From an uncultured Thermodesulfatator sp. (lineage in GTDB: Bacteria; Desulfobacterota; Thermodesulfobacteria; Thermodesulfobacteriales; Thermodesulfobacteriaceae), in NCBI GenBank assembly GCA_964412755.1, contig CAYPPW010000002.1:18945-82944 (forward strand): DNA of 64,000 nucleotides, read 5' to 3'. Position 1 is the stretch's first letter. The number at the start of each line of letters is the position of its first letter. The notes beneath the pieces were generated by a model. It was not told the DNA's origin. It did no database searches and saw nothing but the letters and a program-made list of their open reading frames with translations. The position numbers were made by a program, and so were the translations under genes. Below are positions 10,701 to 20,232 of this stretch, piece after piece.

Positions 10701-11473
10701 GGAATATCCCGAGTTTCGTATACAGCAATAAGTCTTGTATGTTGATATTTTTGATGTTCTTTCATAGAAACATTTTTAGGGCTATAAAGATCACCTGTTC
10801 CATAAACCTTAAAAATTTCATAGGGAATATTAATTAAATACTTTTCAATGATCTCTATAGGTGCCTCAGCTCTTTTTTTAGCAAGTTTTTCATTAACTTT
10901 TTTATTCCCAAAGGAAGAAGCACTACCTATAGAGATAAACAATATTTTTCTACCTTTGCTTTCTCTTGATAAATAATCAAGAAAATTAATAAGCCTTAGG
11001 TATTCCAATGAATTTTTTTCAATCTTGCTTGACCCTACAGGATAAAATATAGTGATCTCACCTGCACCTTGTTTTCTTGATATTTCTTCAATCATTGCCA
11101 AAGTTTTTTGTGCTATTTCTATATTGGATTTACTTGTTTTAAGAATTTCCTGTTGTGTAGAATCCAAGCTTTTTATTCTTTCTTCTATTCTTTTTGTAGC
11201 TTCTTTTATCTCAAAAATATTTTCTTTCATCTCAGAACTGCCTTGTTTAAGTTCAGCAAATTCTGCCATAGCCATATTATGAGAATCAACAAATATTTGA
11301 GCAAGCACTCTTGCTTGATCTTTCGAGGCAGCACCTGTAATAGTTCCAGGAGGATAATCAATAACTTTAGTAGTATTATCTATATCCTTCATATAAAGTT
11401 TTGTACTTTCCCCACCACATCCTACTAAAAAGATACCTATTACTATGACAATTAATAAAATAATTTTTTTCAT
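10673..11473 (-). CDS. Lipoprotein with coiled coil and OmpA_C-like domain
   Basis: Lipobox LVGC, heptad-rich middle, and C-terminal GSASSFG...NEKLAKKRAEA resembling OmpA_C G..D..G....N..LS.RA. SD GGAGG. Confidence 0.75.
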   Translation of the reverse strand: MKKIILLIVIVIGIFLVGCGGESTKLYMKDIDNTTKVIDYPPGTITGAASKDQARVLAQIFVDSHNMAMAEFAELKQGSSEMKENIFEIKEATKRIEERIKSLDSTQQEILKTSKSNIEIAQKTLAMIEEISRKQGAGEITIFYPVGSSKIEKNSLEYLRLINFLDYLSRESKGRKILFISIGSASSFGNKKVNEKLAKKRAEAPIEIIEKYLINIPYEIFKVYGTGDLYSPKNVSMKEHQKYQHTRLIAVYETRDIPQLPPEPGK

Positions 11474-11530
11474 TATTCCCTCCTTCCCTTAGAATTAAGA
11501 TTAAGTTTAAATTATTACAATTATAAAAAA

Positions 11531-11559
11531 ATTTTAAAAATTTTAAATTAAAAAGTCAA
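11531..11559 (-). promoter_or_regulatory. Sigma70-type promoter for the OmpA-like lipoprotein
   Basis: Minus strand reads TTGACT-17 nt-TAAAAT, close to consensus with ideal spacing. Confidence 0.6.
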
Positions 11560-11611
11560 GTTATATTATAGATTTTTAAAGTTTTTTTGATAAACTTTAT
11601 GTGTAAAAGTT

Positions 11612-12280
11612 ATGGCTAAAAAAATTGAAAAATTAGATTTAAAAAATATTAAGAAAAAAGCTAAGGAAATTATAAAAAGGCTTAAAAAAGCTTATCCAGA
11701 TGCAAAAATAGCTTTAAATTTTAAAACCCCTCTTCAACTTCTTATTGCTACTATACTTTCTGCTCAATGCACTGATGAAAGAGTAAATGAGGTAACTAAA
11801 AAACTTTTTAAAAAATACAAATCTGCTAAAGATTTTGCTAAAGCTGATCTTAATGAACTTGCTGAAGATATAAAAAGTACAGGTTTTTATAAACAAAAGG
11901 CAGAATATATAAAAGAAGCATGTAAAATAATAGTTGAAAAATATAATGGAGAAGTTCCTCAAACTATGGATGAATTATTAGAACTCCCGGGGGTTGCAAG
12001 AAAAACTGCAAATATTGTTCTTGCTAATGCTTATGGAATTGTAGAGGGGATTCCTGTTGATACCCATGTGAGAAGAGTGACTCAAAAACTTGGACTTGTA
12101 AAGGTCTCTCAACCAGAAAAAATAGAAAAAGAACTTATGGAGGTCTTACCTAAAAAAGAATGGTTTTCATTTCCTTATCTTATCCAAGCTCATGGAAGAA
12201 AAATATGTTTAGCTCGTAAACCTAAATGTGAAGAGTGCATTTTAAAGGATCTCTGTGATGCTTACCTATCCTCAGATTGA
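11612..12280 (+). CDS. nth: Endonuclease III
   Basis: LSAQCTD, HhH motif LPGVARKTA, VDTHV, and the 4Fe-4S motif C-x6-C-x2-C-x5-C. Confidence 0.97.
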   Translation: MAKKIEKLDLKNIKKKAKEIIKRLKKAYPDAKIALNFKTPLQLLIATILSAQCTDERVNEVTKKLFKKYKSAKDFAKADLNELAEDIKSTGFYKQKAEYIKEACKIIVEKYNGEVPQTMDELLELPGVARKTANIVLANAYGIVEGIPVDTHVRRVTQKLGLVKVSQPEKIEKELMEVLPKKEWFSFPYLIQAHGRKICLARKPKCEECILKDLCDAYLSSD

Positions 12281-13049
12281 TCCAGTTATCTTTAAAATAG
12301 GCCCTCTTTCTGTAAGATGGTATGGTTTAATGTATATAATAAGTTTTATAGTATGTCTTTTTTTATGTAAATATCAATTAAAAGAAAAAAACAAAATAGA
12401 GCTTTATCCTTTTTTAGAAAACCTTCTTTTTTATAGTTTTTTAAGTTTAATTATAGGCGCAAGAGTTGGATTTTGTTTTTTTTATTATCCTGATTATTTT
12501 TTAGAAAATCCCCTGGAAATAATTGCTATCTGGAAAGGTGGAATGTCTTTTCACGGAGGTTTAACAGGAGCTATAATTGGTGGATATATTTATACAAAAA
12601 TTAAAAAAGAATCTTTTTTATGGTGGGCTGATTTAGTAGTGGTCACAGCTCCTATTAGTCTTTTTTTTGGAAGAATTGGAAATTTTATAAATGGAGAAAT
12701 TTATGGTAAACCAAGTAATCTACCTTGGGCTATGATATTTCCAGAAGGTGGACCTATCCCAAGACATCCAGTTCAGCTTTACGAAAGCTTAGTTACAGGA
12801 CTTTTTTTATTTTTATTTCTTTGGAGTCTAAGAAAAAAAATATGGTTACCTGGAACAAAACTTTCTATTTTTTTAATTCTTTATGGAATACTTAGATTTT
12901 TATTTGAATTTATAAGAGAACCTGCCCAGAGTTTTCCTCTTATCTTTAATTTTTTTACCATGGGTCAAATCTTATGCATAACAATGATTTTATTTGGATT
13001 AATTCTTTTATATTTCATCAGGATAAATACTGTTAAGCAATACCTCTAA
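12255..13049 (+). CDS. lgt: Prolipoprotein diacylglyceryl transferase (start probably ATG 12258)
   Basis: Motifs RWYG, GGMSFHGG, GRIGNFINGE, RHP.QLYE and RF..EF.R. Confidence 0.97.
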   Translation: MMLTYPQIDPVIFKIGPLSVRWYGLMYIISFIVCLFLCKYQLKEKNKIELYPFLENLLFYSFLSLIIGARVGFCFFYYPDYFLENPLEIIAIWKGGMSFHGGLTGAIIGGYIYTKIKKESFLWWADLVVVTAPISLFFGRIGNFINGEIYGKPSNLPWAMIFPEGGPIPRHPVQLYESLVTGLFLFLFLWSLRKKIWLPGTKLSIFLILYGILRFLFEFIREPAQSFPLIFNFFTMGQILCITMILFGLILLYFIRINTVKQYL

Positions 13050-13832
13050 TTGAGAAGCTATCTCTTTTGCTAAATTAAAATACTCTTCAAATATAATTTT
13101 AGCATTATTTGAATTTAAACCTTTATTAAAATTGACACAATTTTTACATAAAAGATTGCGTAATTTTTTACCTAATGGATTATCCAGTTGAATTTTTGAA
13201 TAAAGTTCCACATCTTGCCAAGAAAGTCTTTTCAAAATATGAAGTTGTCTTAGAAAACTAGGGGTTGAAAGAGAAACTACATCTTTTAAAGAAAACCTGG
13301 AGTCCTTAATAATTTTAGCAAGAATTATAAGCCAAAAGTGATTTATTACTTGAACAAGAGCCATAATTTCATCATGTTTTTTGGGAGAAATTTTTACTAA
13401 ATTTAACCCCTCTTTTGACATAATTTCTGTAAACCATTTTACTACACCTTTTCCTCTTACAGGATAAAAGGCAATAGTTTTACCCTTTAAATTTTTCTCA
13501 TAAGGTCCAAAAAGAGGATGAGTAGCAAGAATCTCCCCTCTTTTAAAATATTTTTTCATAATTCTAACTGGACCTATTTTTAAAGAACAAATATCTATAA
13601 TCCAATGGTAATTATTTATATAATTTGATATTTCTTTTACTACCTCTTGAAAAGCTTCCATAGGAACAGAGATTAAAATGATTTTACTTTTATTTACAAG
13701 CTCTATATTAGTAAGGGGACCTGATATATCTGAAATGAAAACTTGATATCCCTTTTTCTCAAAAAAATCTCTAAAAAATCTTCCCATTTTCCCTTTTCCA
13801 CCAATGATTCCAATTTTAAAGTTCTCATCCAT
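13008..13832 (-). CDS. tyrA: Prephenate/arogenate dehydrogenase
   Basis: Motifs IIGGKGKMG, DICSLK, HPLFGP and HDEIMA.VQ. Confidence 0.9.
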   Translation of the reverse strand: MDENFKIGIIGGKGKMGRFFRDFFEKKGYQVFISDISGPLTNIELVNKSKIILISVPMEAFQEVVKEISNYINNYHWIIDICSLKIGPVRIMKKYFKRGEILATHPLFGPYEKNLKGKTIAFYPVRGKGVVKWFTEIMSKEGLNLVKISPKKHDEIMALVQVINHFWLIILAKIIKDSRFSLKDVVSLSTPSFLRQLHILKRLSWQDVELYSKIQLDNPLGKKLRNLLCKNCVNFNKGLNSNNAKIIFEEYFNLAKEIASQLEVLLNSIYPDEI

Positions 13833-13851
13833 AAAAACCTCCTATTTAAAA

Positions 13852-16332
13852 TTAAGCTACTTCAGAAAGTTTTAATCTTTCATTCCATCTTCTCATCAAT
13901 TCTTCTTTTAAAACTGGATAATTTTTTAATTCTGGATCTCTTTTAACTAATTCAAAGGCATCTTCCCTTGCTTGAAGAAGAATTTGATAATCTCTTACAA
14001 TGTCAGCTTTTCTAAACTCTAAATATCCTGATTGTTTAGTACCTAAAAATTCTCCAGGACCTCTTATTTCTAAATCCTGTTCTGCAATTTTGAAACCATC
14101 ATCTGTTTCACACAAAATTTGAAGTCTTTTATAAGATGGTGCTTCAAAGGAAATCTGATTAGCTATTAGGAAACAATAAGCTTGTTCTTCACTTCTTTTT
14201 ACTCTTCCTCTTAATTGGTGAAGTTGAGAAAGTCCAAATCTTTCTGCGTGTTCTATTATTATAACTGTAGCATTAGGCACATCTACCCCTACCTCAATTA
14301 CAGTGGTAGAAACTAAAATATCTATTTCTTTTCTTTTAAAAGCATGCATTATTTTTTCCTTTTCATAGGAACTCATTCTTCCATGTAAAAAACCTACTTT
14401 ATATTCTTGAAAAATTTCCTTTTTTAAATATTCTCCATAAGTAGTTACTGCCTTAAGTTCCATTTTTTCGGATTCTTCAATAATTGGAAGAATAACATAA
14501 GCTTGATATCCTTTTTTAAGTATTTCTTTTGCCTCGTTATAAGCCCGTTTTTTGTTATATTCTAAAAATAGCTTGGTAATAACTGGTTTTCTCCCTTTTG
14601 GCATTTCATCAATTATAGAAAGATCTAAGTCTCCATAAATAGTTAAGGCAAGAGTTCTTGGGATAGGGGTAGCAGTCATAACCAAGGTATCTGGAATTAT
14701 TCCTTTAGCTTTTTCTCTTAATGCAGCTCTTTGTAAAACACCAAAACGATGTTGTTCATCAATTATTACTAAACCTAATTTTTTAAATTCAACTTTTTCT
14801 TGAAAAAGAGCATGAGTTCCTATTACAAAATTTATATATCCGGTAGAAAGGCCATAATAAATTTCTCTTTTTTTGGTAGGAGGGATTCCGCCTGTAAGTA
14901 AAGCTGTTCTTATTCCCATAATTTGAGCATATTGTCTGAAATTGTAATAATGCTGTTCTGCTAAAATTTCTGTAGGTGCCATAAGAGCTACTTGATAGCC
15001 ATTTTCTATAGCAATAAGAGCTGCAATAAAAGCTACTACTGTTTTCCCACATCCTACATCTCCTTGTAAAAGTCTGTTCATCGGGATAGCTTGAGACATA
15101 TCTTCTTTTATTTCCTCTATAACTCTCTTTTGAGCATTTGTTAATTCAAAGGGTAATCTGTTTATAAAATCTTCAACTGTCTTACTTTTTATATTAAAAG
15201 CTATTCCAGTTTCCTTCTTGATCTTTCCTCTTCTTAAAGCTAAAGCTAATTCCAAAAAGAAAAATTCATCATAAGCAATACTTTTATGATAAATACTTTC
15301 TTCTCTTTTTAAGGAATAAATATCTTCATTAGGATCAGGAAAATGAAGTTTCTTAATAGCTATATTTAAAGGAACAAGTTTTCTTTTTCTCAGGAATTCT
15401 AAAGGCACATAATTTCCTATATACTCTCCATATTCTTCTATTGCATTTTTAACAACTCTTCTAAAATATTTTTCTGGAACATTTTCTATAGTTGAATAAA
15501 TGGGGATAATATGCCCTATTTCAAGTTCTTCTAATTCTTCTTTACCTTCTTCTACGAGTTTAGGATGAATTATTTCCAAAGTTCCTCCAAACCTGGAAAC
15601 CTCTCCAATAGCATAAAAACTTTTACCAGGAGAAAATAAATTTCTCCAAACTTTTTCATTAAAATTAAACCATTTTAAGGTCAAAATCCCGGTTCCATCA
15701 GTAAGAGTAGCCACAAATATTTTTTTCCTAAAATAATAGGCAATCCCGCTTTTAATTATTTGACCAAAAACTACAGCCTTTTGTCCTTCTTTTAACTCAT
15801 TTATAGGAATTATTCTTCTTCTATCTTCATAATCTTTTGGCAAAAAAAACATAAGATCTTCTATGGTATGGATTTGTTTTTTAGCTAATTTTTTAGCAAT
15901 TTGAGATCCTACTCCTTTAAGATATTGAACAGGTTGGGTAAGAATTTCTCTATGTTTAAGATAGGTATCAAGAGTAATTTCTATTTGAGATATTTCTTCC
16001 TCTATAAAAGTATGAGAAATGTCTTCTTCTTTATCGGTATTTACCTTAAAACTTTCTATTAATTTAAGCATTTGTTTTATTTTTCTTTTCTTTTCTTCTA
16101 AAGAACTTATTTCAAAATTTTCACAAAGGTTTAGAAGGTCTCTCTTAGTTTGAAAAAAATCTTCAGGAATTTCAGTTATGATCTTTTTTAAAGTATTCTC
16201 AAGATTTTTGGTTTTTGGAAGAATAGCAAAATCCTTTTTTGAAACAGAATAAAGAAGATCTATTAATTTAGAACTCCAATTATTAAAATCTGCCTCTCTT
16301 TCTTTCTTCATTTTTACATTAAACTTTTCCAA
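13852..16332 (-). CDS. recG: ATP-dependent DNA helicase RecG, with N-terminal extension
   Basis: Motifs RLLQGDVGCGKT, DEQHRFG, MTATPIPRTL, ERFGLSQLHQLRGR and DGFKIAEQDLEIRGPG. Confidence 0.97.
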   Translation of the reverse strand: MEKFNVKMKKEREADFNNWSSKLIDLLYSVSKKDFAILPKTKNLENTLKKIITEIPEDFFQTKRDLLNLCENFEISSLEEKKRKIKQMLKLIESFKVNTDKEEDISHTFIEEEISQIEITLDTYLKHREILTQPVQYLKGVGSQIAKKLAKKQIHTIEDLMFFLPKDYEDRRRIIPINELKEGQKAVVFGQIIKSGIAYYFRKKIFVATLTDGTGILTLKWFNFNEKVWRNLFSPGKSFYAIGEVSRFGGTLEIIHPKLVEEGKEELEELEIGHIIPIYSTIENVPEKYFRRVVKNAIEEYGEYIGNYVPLEFLRKRKLVPLNIAIKKLHFPDPNEDIYSLKREESIYHKSIAYDEFFFLELALALRRGKIKKETGIAFNIKSKTVEDFINRLPFELTNAQKRVIEEIKEDMSQAIPMNRLLQGDVGCGKTVVAFIAALIAIENGYQVALMAPTEILAEQHYYNFRQYAQIMGIRTALLTGGIPPTKKREIYYGLSTGYINFVIGTHALFQEKVEFKKLGLVIIDEQHRFGVLQRAALREKAKGIIPDTLVMTATPIPRTLALTIYGDLDLSIIDEMPKGRKPVITKLFLEYNKKRAYNEAKEILKKGYQAYVILPIIEESEKMELKAVTTYGEYLKKEIFQEYKVGFLHGRMSSYEKEKIMHAFKRKEIDILVSTTVIEVGVDVPNATVIIIEHAERFGLSQLHQLRGRVKRSEEQAYCFLIANQISFEAPSYKRLQILCETDDGFKIAEQDLEIRGPGEFLGTKQSGYLEFRKADIVRDYQILLQAREDAFELVKRDPELKNYPVLKEELMRRWNERLKLSEVA

Positions 16333-17174
16333 GGCGTTATAATAGATTCGTTGAATGTCTTTTCAAAGATTGTCTTTAGTTTATAAGCTTTTTCCAAATT
16401 TCCATGTTTTAATGCTCCTAAATAAAATATTTCAAATTTTTTTTTAGCTTCAGTATAAAGCAAAAGTTTTTGTTCTAATTTTAAATCTTTTTGATAGTTA
16501 TTAAAGATTTTCAAAAGAGCAAGAGTCCTGTAATAATCAAGTCCTTTCATAGCAGAAAGTTGATCAGATCTCCCCCCGCTTTTTATTACTAAACATTCTT
16601 TAATTAATCCTATAGGCATTTTTAAAGAAACTCTAAGCCAAAATTCATAATCTTCACATACAGGAAAAGCTTCATCAAAAAATCCGATCTCATCAAAAAC
16701 TTCTTTTTTAATCAAGACTGTTGAAATAGAAACTACACAAAGTTTTATAGCCTTATCAAAAAACCATCCCTCTGCTTTTTTATGTATTTTTTTAGGATTT
16801 ATTCTTCTATTTCCTTTATACCAAATCTCATCAGTTTGAACAATTTTATAGTGGGGGTATTTTTCAAAAAATTTTAGTTGTTTTTCAAGTTTTTCTGGAA
16901 CAAATGCATCATCACTATCAAGAAAAGCAACCAATTCTCCTTTTGCTTTCAAAATTCCAATATTTCTGGTATGAGATACCCCTTTATGAGGTTTTCTTAC
17001 ATATATGAGAGGATATTTTGATACTAAATAAGGGGTCTCATCAGTTGAGCCATCGTCAACTATAATAATTTCAATATTTTTAAAAGTTTGATTTAAAACA
17101 CTTTCTATGGCTCTTGGAAGAATGTACGCCCTGTTATAAGTAGGAATAATAACACTAATCAAGGGCTTTTTCAT
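16314..17174 (-). CDS. Glycosyltransferase family 2
   Basis: Motifs SVIIPTYNR, VDDGSTD, FLDSDD and EDYEFWLR. Confidence 0.93.
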   Translation of the reverse strand: MKKPLISVIIPTYNRAYILPRAIESVLNQTFKNIEIIIVDDGSTDETPYLVSKYPLIYVRKPHKGVSHTRNIGILKAKGELVAFLDSDDAFVPEKLEKQLKFFEKYPHYKIVQTDEIWYKGNRRINPKKIHKKAEGWFFDKAIKLCVVSISTVLIKKEVFDEIGFFDEAFPVCEDYEFWLRVSLKMPIGLIKECLVIKSGGRSDQLSAMKGLDYYRTLALLKIFNNYQKDLKLEQKLLLYTEAKKKFEIFYLGALKHGNLEKAYKLKTIFEKTFNESIITPWKSLM

Positions 17175-17285
17175 CTAAAAACCAAATATTTTACATTTTT
17201 TTATAAAATCAAACAATTTTTTATTGGTGTCTGAGTATTTTTAGCTTGATATTTTAAATAAAAAAATCATAATATATTAATAATT

Positions 17286-18302
17286 TTGCAAGATTTTATG
17301 AATAATCTTGAAATTAAAAAAAAGCTTATCACTATTTCTTTTTTAATTTTAGGAGTAATATGTTTTGGCACAATAGGATATATGGTAATAGAAAATTTGA
17401 GATTTTTAGATGCACTTTACATGACTATTATTACAGTAGCAACAGTAGGATTCAAAGAAGTAAAGGATTTGACAGAAACGGGAAAAATTTTTACTATAGT
17501 TCTTATTTTTAGTGGCTTTGGGGTTTTTGCCTATGCTATGACTACAGGAGCAAAAATTTTAATAGAAGGAGAACTAAAGGAGGTATTTAAAAAAAAGAAA
17601 ATGAAAAAACAAATTGAAGCTTTGAAAGACCATTACATTATTTGTGGTCACGGAAGAATGGGAAGAATAATCTGTAAAGAATTAAAAGCTAATGAAATAA
17701 AATTTGTAGTAATAGAAAAAGACGAAAAAAATATTATGGACGAAGACATGCTTTATATTATAGGAGATGCAACAAAAGATGATATATTAAAGGAGGCAGG
17801 AATTGAAAGAGCAAAGGGTATCATATCAGTATTGCCTTCTGATGCTGAAAATCTTTATGTTGTTGTGAGTTCAAGATTTTTAAATCCCAAACTTTTTATT
17901 GTGGCAAGAGCAACTGATGAAGAAGCAAGAATTAAATTGAAAATGGCAGGAGCCAATAAAGCTATTTGCCCTTATTATACTGGTGGATTAAGAATAGCTC
18001 ATACAGTATTAAGACCAAATGTTATAGATTTTTTAGAATTTGCTACAGGTTCAGAATATAGGGATGTTCAAATTGAAGAAATTGAAGTATCTAAAAATTC
18101 AAGTTTAATAAGAAAATCCCTAAAAGATGCAGAAATAGGAAATAAGTTTGGTATTATAGTAATAGGTATCAAAAGAGCTGAAGGTGAAATAGAACTTAAT
18201 CCCTCTGCAGATACTATTATTTCTTCAGGAGATATTCTCATTGTAATAGGAAAAAGTGAAAATTTAGAAAAATTCTCTAAAGTAGCTCAAGGTTTAGATT
18301 AA
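17286..18302 (+). CDS. Potassium channel with TrkA-N/TrkA-C (RCK) domains (start probably ATG 17298)
   Basis: Two TM segments, pore motif TVATVGF, ICGHGRMG Rossmann motif and a C-terminal TrkA-C domain. Confidence 0.92.
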   Translation: MQDFMNNLEIKKKLITISFLILGVICFGTIGYMVIENLRFLDALYMTIITVATVGFKEVKDLTETGKIFTIVLIFSGFGVFAYAMTTGAKILIEGELKEVFKKKKMKKQIEALKDHYIICGHGRMGRIICKELKANEIKFVVIEKDEKNIMDEDMLYIIGDATKDDILKEAGIERAKGIISVLPSDAENLYVVVSSRFLNPKLFIVARATDEEARIKLKMAGANKAICPYYTGGLRIAHTVLRPNVIDFLEFATGSEYRDVQIEEIEVSKNSSLIRKSLKDAEIGNKFGIIVIGIKRAEGEIELNPSADTIISSGDILIVIGKSENLEKFSKVAQGLD

Positions 18303-19201
18303 TGAAAAAAATTTTTATTACAGGTGGAACTGGATTTATAGGAAGTGTTTTAGTTTACTCTCTTTTACAGGAAAATTATGAGATTTATGTACTTACAAGA
18401 AATTCTGAAAAAATAAAAAAACTGCCATCTTCTTGCAAGATTGTCTCAGGTAATCCAACCGTTAAAGGAGATTGGCAAAAATTTTTAAAAGAAATGGATA
18501 TAGTAATTAATCTTGCTGGACAAAATATCTTTTCTAAATGGACAGAAGAATACAAAAATAAAATTTTAGAAAGTAGAGTTAAATCTACACAAAATATTGT
18601 TTCCTCTTTAAAAGAAGGTACTTTACTTCTTAATGCTTCAGCTGTGGGATATTATGGAGATAAGGGAGATGAAATTGTTACTGAAGAAAGTCTACCTGGA
18701 AATGACTTTTTAGCAAAAGTATGTATTCAATGGGAAAAGGAAGCATTAAAAGCTAAAGAAAGGGGGGCAAAGGTTATTATAACTAGATTTGGGATTGTAC
18801 TAGGTAAGGGAGGAATGCTTGCCAAAATTTTACCTTTTTTTAAATTCGGCCTTGGTGGGACTCTTGGAAAAGGAAATCAATGGTTCCCATGGATTCATAT
18901 AAAAGATTTAATATCTGCTATTAGTTTTTTAATAAAAAAAGAAAAAGAAGGTATTTATAACCTTACCTCTCCCAATCCTGTAACGAATAAAGAGTTTACT
19001 AAAACTTTAGGAAGAATTTTAAAAAGACCTACTATACTACCAGTACCTCTTTTTATGTTAAAACTGGTGTTTGGAGAACTTTCTAATGTAATTATTTCAA
19101 GTATAAAAGCTTATCCTCAAAATCTTTTATCTATTGGGTTCTCTTTTAAATTTGAAACTTTAGAATCTGCTTTAAAAGATCTTTTAGAAAAGAGTACATA
19201 A
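18302..19201 (+). CDS. TIGR01777 family NAD-dependent epimerase/oxidoreductase
   Basis: Motifs ITGGTGFIG, INLAG, ASAVGYYG, FLAKVC.QWE and WIHIKD. Confidence 0.92.
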   Translation: MKKIFITGGTGFIGSVLVYSLLQENYEIYVLTRNSEKIKKLPSSCKIVSGNPTVKGDWQKFLKEMDIVINLAGQNIFSKWTEEYKNKILESRVKSTQNIVSSLKEGTLLLNASAVGYYGDKGDEIVTEESLPGNDFLAKVCIQWEKEALKAKERGAKVIITRFGIVLGKGGMLAKILPFFKFGLGGTLGKGNQWFPWIHIKDLISAISFLIKKEKEGIYNLTSPNPVTNKEFTKTLGRILKRPTILPVPLFMLKLVFGELSNVIISSIKAYPQNLLSIGFSFKFETLESALKDLLEKST

Positions 19202-19204
19202 AAA

Positions 19205-19762
19205 ATGGCAAAAGCAAAACAATTTGTTATTTTAGCAATTTTTTTAATAATCCTTTCTTCTTGTAGTTACGAAATTAAAGAAAATGCAGAAGAAAGATTT
19301 AAGGTTTTTTTTAGTAAAATTCCTTTAATTAAAAATTACATTACCCTACCTCCTGCTCCTACTGAACTATACAGTCAAACTGAACAACTAATAAATGAGT
19401 TAAAAGCTCTTAAAGCTGAAGATATTTTTAAAGATGAGTATGAAAGAGTTCTTAAGGCTTGGGAAGAAGCTAAAAAATTATATCAAAAAAAGTATTATAA
19501 ATCTGCTGAAAAAAAATTAAAAAAAGTAAATCACATGGCAAAAGAATTAGTTGAAAAAGTCAAAGCCTACCAAGAAGTACTTAAAAAATCTGCTTTAGAA
19601 AAATACAAACAAATAGAAGAAAGGGCTAAAGAAATAATGAACAAAATCAAATCAAAGGAAGAAAAGTTAAAAATAGAGATTTATCTATGGAAACTAAGAA
19701 ATTTAATAGAAATGGGAATGTTTGATGAGTTTGAAAAAGAAATTCAAAATCCTCCCTTTTGA
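19205..19762 (+). CDS. Hypothetical helical lipoprotein
   Basis: Lipobox LSSC after a hydrophobic signal; the rest is Lys/Glu-rich helices. Confidence 0.75.
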   Translation: MAKAKQFVILAIFLIILSSCSYEIKENAEERFKVFFSKIPLIKNYITLPPAPTELYSQTEQLINELKALKAEDIFKDEYERVLKAWEEAKKLYQKKYYKSAEKKLKKVNHMAKELVEKVKAYQEVLKKSALEKYKQIEERAKEIMNKIKSKEEKLKIEIYLWKLRNLIEMGMFDEFEKEIQNPPF

Positions 19763-20219
19763 TCAACTGGATAAAAATTTTCTATGGATTTTTATTTCCT
19801 CAGGTGCTTTAATAGGATTTCTTCCTCCTTGCCCTGGAACTTTTGCCTCACTTGAAGCCTTAATAATTTTTTGGTTTTTAAAAAAATTATCTTGGTTCTA
19901 TCAATTACTTATAATTTTAGGAGTCTCTATTTTAGGAATAATAAGTTCTGATTTTGTTTCTAAATTACTAAAAATAAAAGATCCTGATATAGTTGTAATA
20001 GATGAATTAGCGGGAATGTGGATAGCTCTTTATGGCAAAAATACCTTTTTAGAATTTATACTTGCTTTTTTTGTTTTTAGAGTAATAGATATTAAAAAAC
20101 CCTATCCTTTAAAAAAAATTGAAAATTTACCTCATGGATGGGGAATAATGGCAGATGATATAATAGCAGGAATCTTTACCAATCTCTTTATTACGAGTGT
20201 TATGTATTTTATAAAATAA
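19722..20219 (+). CDS. pgpA: Phosphatidylglycerophosphatase A
   Basis: Motifs PGTFASL, DPDIVVIDE, FR.IDIKKP.P and GIMADD. Confidence 0.93.
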   Translation: MMSLKKKFKILPFDQLDKNFLWIFISSGALIGFLPPCPGTFASLEALIIFWFLKKLSWFYQLLIILGVSILGIISSDFVSKLLKIKDPDIVVIDELAGMWIALYGKNTFLEFILAFFVFRVIDIKKPYPLKKIENLPHGWGIMADDIIAGIFTNLFITSVMYFIK

Positions 20220-20232
20220 AAAGTTAATCGGA

